A stretch of 64,000 nucleotides of DNA from Candidatus Zixiibacteriota bacterium (GTDB lineage Bacteria > Zixibacteria > MSB-5A5 > UBA10806), in the NCBI GenBank assembly GCA_024641335.1, contig JAHEDG010000010.1, positions 9,910 to 73,909 of the forward strand, read 5' to 3'. The first letter of the stretch is position 1; each line of letters begins with the position of its first letter. Shown here one piece after another: positions 58,038 through 64,000 of this stretch. The translations under genes and the position numbers were made by a program. The notes below the pieces were generated by a model. It saw nothing but the letters and a program-made list of their open reading frames with translations, searched no databases and had not been told where the DNA came from.

Positions 58038-58877
58038 TTACTGTTTTTTCTTTCTTTTCAAGTAATCTTCTAATGCGACGATCTCACGACCCTTTTTCGC
58101 GGCAATCATCTGTCTTTTCTCCACAATCGCTCGCTCAATTATTACTAGGAGCAAATCCGAAATTAATTTATACATAGTAGCTTGGGCTTCAATACATTGC
58201 TGAAATTCCCTTTCAAAAACAATTTTCGTATATATTTTTGGAAGACGAAATTGCGGTTTTTCCTCTTCTGGTAAAATATCCATGAACATGCTTTCAAGAA
58301 ACAGTTTTCCCATATCTTCTGACCGGGTTGTTTTTGCCTGATGGATAGTTATGTTTCGGAATTTTCGATGCTCTTCCAAGAATTTGTGCACCGTTGAAAG
58401 CCGTTTCTTGATAGTACTCCTCCTAATCCGAGGTGAATTATAAATGATCTGGAATTTTGCGTCTTGATCTCTAAGACCGAATTCGTATGTTTTATTTATT
58501 AAGGCAAGACACACATCTTCAAGTGAAACAAGTAATATGTAAAACATCTTTTGATTGTAAAGAAAATAATCAATCTGTCTCATTTTAACACTTTTCAAAT
58601 AACTCGCCGAAGGAAATCTGCTCAATAGGAAAATGCAGTTTTCCAAATCTGAAAATATTCTAACGGTACCTGAAAACGAGTGCAAGACATCTACTATGTA
58701 GGACTCGGCTTTCGATAATGAAGCGTTTTGATCTCCGGTTAAATAATTTTCCATTTGCTGTGTCAATATTTTATATTCAGATTCGAATGGAATAAAATAC
58801 TTATTAAAGACGATACCTTCAAATAGTTTCTTATTGTCGTACCATTTCTTCCGTATCGTTTTTTTAATTGTCAGCAT
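58038..58877 (-). CDS. HEPN-like protein with R-N-xxx-H motif (candidate Abi/defence RNase) encoded in a low-GC single-gene island
   Basis: 279 aa, no TM. The motif …EEHRKFRNITIHQAKT… is an exact R-N-x3-H HEPN signature. The gene is clearly AT-rich by eye (GC not computed) against about 50% GC flanks, and is bordered by a REP-like repeat at 59009-59056. Confidence 0.4.
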   Translation of the reverse strand: MLTIKKTIRKKWYDNKKLFEGIVFNKYFIPFESEYKILTQQMENYLTGDQNASLSKAESYIVDVLHSFSGTVRIFSDLENCIFLLSRFPSASYLKSVKMRQIDYFLYNQKMFYILLVSLEDVCLALINKTYEFGLRDQDAKFQIIYNSPRIRRSTIKKRLSTVHKFLEEHRKFRNITIHQAKTTRSEDMGKLFLESMFMDILPEEEKPQFRLPKIYTKIVFEREFQQCIEAQATMYKLISDLLLVIIERAIVEKRQMIAAKKGREIVALEDYLKRKKKQ

Positions 58878-59008
58878 AAGACACCGTAATTTTCGCTGTC
58901 GGCAGACAAGTTACCGACTTACATTATCCTTCCCATTGTCCCGCTTCTGGATTCCCGCCCATACGGGTCCGTAGGACTTCCGCGGGAATGACAGGGTTCG
59001 TTCCCGGC

Positions 59009-59056
59009 GCGTCAGGATGTCAATTCATTCCATCCTGACGCATCACGCATCAATCT
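59009..59056. repeat. REP-like palindromic element, copy B (GCGTCAGGATG…CATCCTGACGC plus CATCAATC tail)
   Basis: An 11-bp inverted repeat with an 11-nt loop, just past the TPR-lipoprotein stop. It shares the tail …CATCCTGACGCATCA(CGCATCA)ATC with copy C. Confidence 0.45.
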
Positions 59057-59059
59057 GGC

Positions 59060-59833
59060 CTACTTTTGCTGTTTTATCAAAAAGATCGTGTCACGGGCTT
59101 TGTCGGCCCATTGGCCGGTCGGTTCCTTTTCGAGATACTTCTCAAACCACTCCCTGGATCTGTCATACTTTTTCTGCTCATAATAGAGTTGGCCGAGCAT
59201 AAAAATGGCCTCGGGCATCGAGCCAACCCTGACAGCGTCGAGGAACTTCGCTTCAGCCTCGGCGGTATCCCCCTCTTTCCAAGCGACTAACCCCAGGCCG
59301 TAATATCCCCGCGGATAAGTAGCGTCGACGGTTACAGCCATACCGAAATATTTTTTGGCCATCCGAAGATTGCCGCGCGCAAGCCAGATAGTGGCCATAT
59401 TCTGATAAGTTCTGGGATAGAGATTGTCTATGTCGGCTGCCCGATCGTACCAGATCAAAGCATCATCATAGTTGCCCTGCATATAGTAAATATTACCGAT
59501 TGACTGGTAAGCGTCGACATTGGCGGGATTATAGACAATAGCCCCGGTATAGTAAACAATAGCGCTATCATCCAAACCTATCTGCTGGTAGCAAACAGCC
59601 AATTCATGATAAGCCGGAGCGAAATTGTTTCTTTGTTTTAAGGTTTTCCTGAAATACGGAATGGCCTTCTGGGGCAGATTTTGGACCATAAATTGATGGG
59701 CTTTGGTGTAATTTTTCAGGTAGGCATCGTCGGGCTGAACAAAAACCCCGCAAGAGACGGTGAGGATAGCAGCGGCCAGAGTGGTTAAAACCGCGAACTT
59801 TGTGATTTTTTTCATTAATACCCTCAAAAACAC
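59060..59833 (-). CDS. TPR-repeat lipoprotein
   Basis: 257 aa with signal peptide and lipobox (…AAILTVSCGVF), then at least 5 TPR units (…AYHELAVCYQQIGLDD…, …AYQSIGNIYYMQGNYDDA…). Confidence 0.65.
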   Translation of the reverse strand: MFLRVLMKKITKFAVLTTLAAAILTVSCGVFVQPDDAYLKNYTKAHQFMVQNLPQKAIPYFRKTLKQRNNFAPAYHELAVCYQQIGLDDSAIVYYTGAIVYNPANVDAYQSIGNIYYMQGNYDDALIWYDRAADIDNLYPRTYQNMATIWLARGNLRMAKKYFGMAVTVDATYPRGYYGLGLVAWKEGDTAEAEAKFLDAVRVGSMPEAIFMLGQLYYEQKKYDRSREWFEKYLEKEPTGQWADKARDTIFLIKQQK

Positions 59834-60010
59834 CCGGTTTGATCAACGGTGATTTCTTATTATATTGTTTATATGCTCGATAATCAATTCGAATTTGAAA
59901 AAAACTCGATCCCGGTGATATTTAGGAGCTTATGAGATATTAGAATTATCAAGCGGTATCGAAAAAGGCTCCTGAACCGGAGTGCAGGGGCTGGTTCCGG
60001 GCCAAATAAG

Positions 60011-60039
60011 TTGACATTAACTCATCCAGATTTTAGATT
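60011..60039 (+). promoter_or_regulatory. sigma70-type promoter for the HMGCS operon
   Basis: TTGACA (60011-60016), 17-nt spacer, then TAGATT (60034-60039), about 60 nt upstream of the HMGCS ATG. It lies in the divergent spacer marking the strand switch. Confidence 0.45.
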
Positions 60040-60102
60040 ACCAGCCATTATGGAAACGATGAACTTTGGCCTTTCGAAATATACAACGAGGAAAGGATTT
60101 TT

Positions 60103-61155
60103 ATGGTAGGAATAATCGGTTACGGAGCATACATACCCAGAAACCGGATTAAGGTCGAGGAGATCGCCAAGGTCTGGGGGGCCGACGCTCCCAGCTACAA
60201 AAAAGGGCTGATGCTTCAGGAAAAATCAGTACCGTCGCCCGACCAGGATACGATAACTATGGCGGTGGAAGCGACCAAGAACGCCATTAAGCGGGCCGGA
60301 ATCGACCCTGGCGAAATCGGAGCGGTGTATGTCGGTTCGGAATCTCACCCCTATGCGGTTAAGCCGTCGGGAACAACCCTGGCCGAGGCCATCGGGGCCA
60401 CTCCCGATTGTCATTGCGCCGATTTCGAATTCGCCTGCAAAGCGGGTTCAGAGGGGATGTTTGTGGCCATGAGTCTGGTTAAGGCTGGCGAAATCAAGTA
60501 CGGTGTCGGAGTCGGAGCGGATACGTCGCAGGGAGCTCCCGGGGACGCGTTGGAGTATTCAGCGTCAGCCGGCGCGGCGTCTTTTATATTCGGCAAGGAG
60601 AAAATATTAGCTGAATGCCATCACACGCATTCTTTCATGACTGACACCCCCGATTTTTGGCGTAGAGAGCATCAGTTTTACCCCAGCCACGCCTCCCGAT
60701 TTACCGGGGAGCCGGCATATTTCAGAACAATAACAGGATGCGCTACAGCCCTTTTGGAAAAATCGAAGATGAAACCCGCGGATTTCGCTTTCGCGGTATT
60801 TCATCAGCCCAACGGTAAATTCCCGATGACTGTCGGCAAGAAGCTCGGATTCACCGAAGCACAGATGAAACAGGGCTGGCTCTGTCCGACGCTCGGCAAT
60901 ACTTATTCGGGAGCCTCTCCTATTGGTCTGACCGCGATTTTAGACGTGGCCAAGCCGGGAGACTGGATTTTTATGGCGTCTTACGGCTCCGGGGCCGGCA
61001 GCGACGGTTTTATCTGGAAAGTAACTGATAGAATCAAAGAGGTCCAGAATATGGCGCCTCATACCCGGGCCATGCTGGATACCGAAAGAAGAAGATATCT
61101 TGATTACGGCACCTATACGAAGTTCAGGGGCAAAATCAAGTTAAGAGGCGAATAA
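60103..61155 (+). CDS. hydroxymethylglutaryl-CoA synthase, archaeal-type (about 350 aa)
   Basis: MVGIIGYGAYIPRNRIKVEEIAKVWG…GAVYVGSESHPYAVKPSGT…ADFEFACKAGSEG…GADTSQGAPGDALEYSASAGAASFIFG. This is near-collinear with archaeal short-form HMGCS. RBS GAGGAAAGGA. Confidence 0.85.
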   Translation: MVGIIGYGAYIPRNRIKVEEIAKVWGADAPSYKKGLMLQEKSVPSPDQDTITMAVEATKNAIKRAGIDPGEIGAVYVGSESHPYAVKPSGTTLAEAIGATPDCHCADFEFACKAGSEGMFVAMSLVKAGEIKYGVGVGADTSQGAPGDALEYSASAGAASFIFGKEKILAECHHTHSFMTDTPDFWRREHQFYPSHASRFTGEPAYFRTITGCATALLEKSKMKPADFAFAVFHQPNGKFPMTVGKKLGFTEAQMKQGWLCPTLGNTYSGASPIGLTAILDVAKPGDWIFMASYGSGAGSDGFIWKVTDRIKEVQNMAPHTRAMLDTERRRYLDYGTYTKFRGKIKLRGE

Positions 61156-61168
61156 TCCGTTTCGCGGT

Positions 61169-62002
61169 TTGGAATCAGGGCGGAAGAATTTGAAGAATAC
61201 AGGTTATAAAAAGGTCGCAAGCGACAGCTGGAAAAGCGCCGGGTCCTATGAAGAATTTATGGGACGATGGAGCCATTCGGTGGCCGAGCGTTTCTTGAAA
61301 TGGCTGAATATCGAGCCTCGGCTCCGCTGGCTAGAAATCGGCTGTGGGACTGGCGCTCTTACCCGGGCGATCTTGACAGCGGCGGATCCAACGACGATAA
61401 CGGCAATCGATCCATCCGAAGCCTATATCGCTTATTGCCGCGCCCGAACATCGGATAAGCGAGCGCTATTCAAGGAAGGCGAAATCGCGTCGATAGGGTC
61501 TGATACCGAGCAATACGACGTTATCGTTTCGAGTTTGGTGCTTAATTTTTTGCCTGAACCCGTCGAGAGTCTGGCATTGATGGGACAGGCAATCTGCAGG
61601 GGCGGTATTATCGCTGCCTATGTCTGGGATTACTCTGAGGGCATGCAATTTCTGCGTTACTTCTGGGATGCCGTTGTCGAGCTAGATCCCCGGCAGGCAA
61701 GTTTGCACGAGGGCGTGAGGTTCGGGATCTGCAAAGCCGACGCTTTGAAGCGCCTTTTCTCCTCAGCCGGCTTCGGAGAAATCGAAATGACAGCGATCGA
61801 TATTCCCACGCCATTTCGAGATTTCGATGATTTCTGGCAGCCCTTCACTTCGGGGCAGGGGCCGGCCGGGAGTTATTGCGCTTCGCTTAACGATCACCAG
61901 CTAAAAGCCCTGAAGGAGATTCTACGAGTGAAAGTCCCATCCGAAAACGACGGCTCAATTGCGTTATTGGCGCGAGCCTGGGCGATAAGGGGTAGAAAAT
62001 AG
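61169..62002 (+). CDS. class I SAM-dependent methyltransferase
   Basis: LEIGCGTGALTRAIL… (motif I), plus …DVIVSSLVLNFLP… (motif II/III), the Methyltransf_11/25-like fold. Confidence 0.7.
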   Translation: MESGRKNLKNTGYKKVASDSWKSAGSYEEFMGRWSHSVAERFLKWLNIEPRLRWLEIGCGTGALTRAILTAADPTTITAIDPSEAYIAYCRARTSDKRALFKEGEIASIGSDTEQYDVIVSSLVLNFLPEPVESLALMGQAICRGGIIAAYVWDYSEGMQFLRYFWDAVVELDPRQASLHEGVRFGICKADALKRLFSSAGFGEIEMTAIDIPTPFRDFDDFWQPFTSGQGPAGSYCASLNDHQLKALKEILRVKVPSENDGSIALLARAWAIRGRK

Positions 62003-62046
62003 GAAACACCATACACTGAAGAATATTTATTATTGGAGGAATAAAC

Positions 62047-63207
62047 ATGAGAGATGTGGCAGTAATCGGGGTCGGGATGAACAAATGGGGCGAGCTTTGG
62101 GAAACATCCCTTCGCGATTTGATCGCCCAAAGCGCCCTGATGGCCCTTGATGACGCCGGGATAGAAGAGGTCGAGGCGATGTATATAGGTTGTATGTCGT
62201 CAGGACTTTTCACCGACCAGGAGCATTTAGGCTCCATGGGCCCCGATTATTCGGGGATCTGCCCTGTACCCGGAACACGAGTGGAATCAGCCTGCGCGTC
62301 CGGCGGAGCGGCCTTCAGATCGGCCTACATGCATGTAGCGTCGGGAATGGCCGATATCGTCATGGCCGCCGGAGTCGAGAAGATGACCGATGTCGACGGC
62401 GGCGGGGCGACGTTCGCGTTGGCCACCGCGGCCGACCAGGAATACGAAGTTTACAACGGGGTTACTTTCCCCGGGCTTTACGCCATGATGGCCAATCATC
62501 ATATGAAAAAATACGGCACCACCCGGGATCAATTGGCGCAGGTATCTGTTAAGAACCATTACAACGGCGCTAAAAACTCGCTGGCCCAGTTCAGGATGGA
62601 AGTATCGCTGGACCAGGTAAAGAACGCGGTAATGGTTTCCGATCCATTAACTCTTTTGGATTGCTCCCCTATCACCGACGGTTCGGCGGCTGTCATTCTT
62701 TGCTCGATGGATAAGGCCAAATCGCTCACCAAGAAACGTCTGGTCAAGGTAATCGGTTCGGGTCACGCGTCGGATACGATACAACTGGCCCAGCGCGAGG
62801 ATCTTTCCAGCTTAAAATCGACCGCCATAGCCGCCAAACAGGCGTTGGATATGGCCGGCAGAAAGATCAACGATATAAATTTCGCCGAGGTTCACGATTG
62901 TTTCAGTATCGCAGAGATAATGGTAATCGAGGCATTAGGTATCGCGGCCCAAGGCAAAGGCGGCCCGGCCACGGCAGACGGCACTACGGCGATGACCGGC
63001 AAATTTCCGGTGAATGTCAGCGGCGGACTAAAATCGAAGGGCCACCCGGTGGGAGCGACCGGTGTAGCGCAGATCGTGGAGCTTACCAAGCAGATCCGCG
63101 GCGAGGCCGATAAGGATCGTCAATTGAAAAAGGCGGATATCGGGTTGGCGCAGAATATGGGCGGCAGCGGCGCCAGCAGTGTGGTTCATATATTGGAGGG
63201 AATGTAA
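62047..63207 (+). CDS. thiolase-fold acetoacetyl-CoA thiolase, archaeal type (SCP-x-like, partner of HMGCS and DUF35)
   Basis: 386 aa. MRDVAVIGVG…, an active-site Cys in …ESACASGGAAF…, and a C-terminal …NVSGGLKSKGHPVGATG… region. It lacks the bacterial thiolase II C-terminal CxG signature. RBS GGAGG. Confidence 0.8.
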   Translation: MRDVAVIGVGMNKWGELWETSLRDLIAQSALMALDDAGIEEVEAMYIGCMSSGLFTDQEHLGSMGPDYSGICPVPGTRVESACASGGAAFRSAYMHVASGMADIVMAAGVEKMTDVDGGGATFALATAADQEYEVYNGVTFPGLYAMMANHHMKKYGTTRDQLAQVSVKNHYNGAKNSLAQFRMEVSLDQVKNAVMVSDPLTLLDCSPITDGSAAVILCSMDKAKSLTKKRLVKVIGSGHASDTIQLAQREDLSSLKSTAIAAKQALDMAGRKINDINFAEVHDCFSIAEIMVIEALGIAAQGKGGPATADGTTAMTGKFPVNVSGGLKSKGHPVGATGVAQIVELTKQIRGEADKDRQLKKADIGLAQNMGGSGASSVVHILEGM

Positions 63208-63208
63208 G

Positions 63209-63598
63209 ATGTCAGCCCCTAAATACTGGAGAGAGATTCCGCAGAGATACCGTTTCGAGGCGGCCAAATGCAAAAAGTGCGGCAAGGTTTCGTTCCCGCC
63301 CAGGATAGTATGTCCTGAATGCCGTTCGAGGGAATTCGAAAATACGCGCATAAACGACAAGGGAACGGTGGAGACATACACGGTCATACGGGTGGCGCCA
63401 ACTCAATTCACCGATGAAGCGCCGTATCCGGTAGCCATAGTAGACGTGGGAGACGGTGTCCGTGTTCTCTGCCAGGTGGCAGATTGCGGTCCGGAGGAAA
63501 TAAAAATCGGCATGTCTGTCCGTCTGGAGTTCCGCAAGGTTCAACAGGAAGGACACGGCGGTATAATCAACTATGGTTATAAATGCGTGCCGGAGTAG
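63209..63598 (+). CDS. DUF35 zinc-ribbon/OB-fold protein (scaffold of the archaeal thiolase-HMGCS complex)
   Basis: 129 aa with C4 Zn-ribbon CKKCGKVSFPPRIVCPECRS and an OB-fold (…GTVETYTVIRVAPTQF…). The ATG at 63209 sits 1 nt after the thiolase stop, with GGAGGG as RBS. Confidence 0.8.
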   Translation: MSAPKYWREIPQRYRFEAAKCKKCGKVSFPPRIVCPECRSREFENTRINDKGTVETYTVIRVAPTQFTDEAPYPVAIVDVGDGVRVLCQVADCGPEEIKIGMSVRLEFRKVQQEGHGGIINYGYKCVPE

Positions 63599-63615
63599 AA
63601 ATAAAGAAAGGATGT

Positions 63616-63663
63616 GTCAGGAAGGAGCCCGTTTTTCAGGCCGACATCCTGACGCATCAATCA
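63616..63663. repeat. REP-like palindromic element, copy C (GTCAGGA…TCCTGACGCATCAATC)
   Basis: 7-bp arms around a 24-nt loop, 18 nt after the DUF35 gene stop. The tail CATCCTGACGCATCAATC is identical to copy B. Confidence 0.45.
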
Positions 63664-63682
63664 AAGACGATAGGAAACTTTA

Positions 63683-64000
63683 GTGTTTCAAATTCAATCC
63701 AAAATCGATACCAATAGTATCGAATACAAACAAAACTTCGAGCATCTTCAAAAGAGCGTGGCCCGGCTGAAGGAAAAGCTGGCCGCAGCCCGCGAAGGCG
63801 GACCTGAAAAGGCTCGGGAGAAGCATCTTAAGAGGGGCAAGCTCCTGACCCGCGATCGGGTTAAGAAGTTGTTCGACCGGAATACGCCGTTTTTGGAATT
63901 ATCTCCTCTGGCGGCAGACGATATGTATGATAATGAAGCCCCCGCCGCCGGAGTAATAACCGGTATCGGAATCGTCCACGGGCGAGAAGTGATGGTGGTG
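63683..64000 (+). CDS. acyl-CoA carboxylase carboxyltransferase (beta) subunit, methylcrotonyl-/propionyl-CoA carboxylase family; 3'-truncated by the window edge
   Basis: GTG start with AGGAAA SD. …[72 protein letters not shown]… is the conserved N-terminus of biotin-dependent carboxyltransferase beta chains. Confidence 0.75.
   Translation, partial: MFQIQSKIDTNSIEYKQNFEHLQKSVARLKEKLAAAREGGPEKAREKHLKRGKLLTRDRVKKLFDRNTPFLELSPLAADDMYDNEAPAAGVITGIGIVHGREVMVV

Noticed and set aside
58920-59010. Possible tRNA in the GC-rich hairpin cluster between the HEPN-like gene and the TPR lipoprotein gene (…GGGTTCGTTCCC…)
   Set aside because: A cloverleaf could not be built: no acceptor/T-arm pairing consistent with the T-loop-like GGTTCG on either strand. 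It was interpreted as stacked hairpins, part of which is the REP-like copy B.
1-64000. CRISPR arrays, transposases/integrases, prophage genes, rRNA/tRNA genes
   Set aside because: None detected: no regularly spaced direct repeats, no recombinase or transposase motifs in any ORF, and no cloverleaf-compatible sequences in the larger spacers.

Overview
The window is about 64 kb from a roughly 50% GC diderm bacterium. The diderm call rests on Lgt, an Omp85-type C-terminal barrel, a BamB-like propeller, TolB-like repeats and TatC; the gene content resembles an uncultivated lineage. Positions 1-59833 are essentially one co-directional minus-strand block, and the strand switches to plus from 60103. 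Identifiable content, in order: pfkA (3' end cut by the window), rtcB-archease, comF, lgt, rodA-mrdA-mreD-mreC (no mreB), ptsN-like EIIA, an untracked Trm112-like mini-ORF, accA, a six-gene cell-envelope glycosylation cluster (10.3-18.5 kb), the nusB-ribH-ribBA-ribE-ribD operon led by a clear FMN riboswitch with promoter and terminator, yjbQ, ftsY, smc, rodZ-like/maf/dtd, a chaperone block (TPR lipoprotein, dnaJ, mini-J protein, dnaK, two hsp20; no grpE or hrcA), a HEAT-repeat protein, a BamB-like propeller, a 952-aa metalloprotease/propeller/Omp85-barrel fusion, tatC, an nrdR with two ATP-cones, a DUF62-DUF296-cutA-MTH1187 operon with a structured leader, glyA, ilvE, an aspartase/fumarase-family lyase, a dockerin-bearing beta-helix protein, a butyryl-CoA-type operon (thiolase, two paralogous lipoproteins, hbd, two acyl-CoA dehydrogenases), a low-GC single-gene island encoding an R-N-xxx-H (HEPN-like) protein, a TPR lipoprotein, and on the plus strand an archaeal-type HMG-CoA synthase / thiolase / DUF35 trio with an interposed SAM methyltransferase and a partial acyl-CoA carboxyltransferase gene. 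A short palindromic repeat family (GTCAGGA...TCCTGAC) recurs in intergenic spacers. No CRISPR array, transposase, integrase, rRNA or tRNA was found. Many ORF-track N-termini are over-extended because the track takes the longest ORF and also translates TTG/GTG as M; several starts were corrected from gene-overlap logic and family-typical N-termini.
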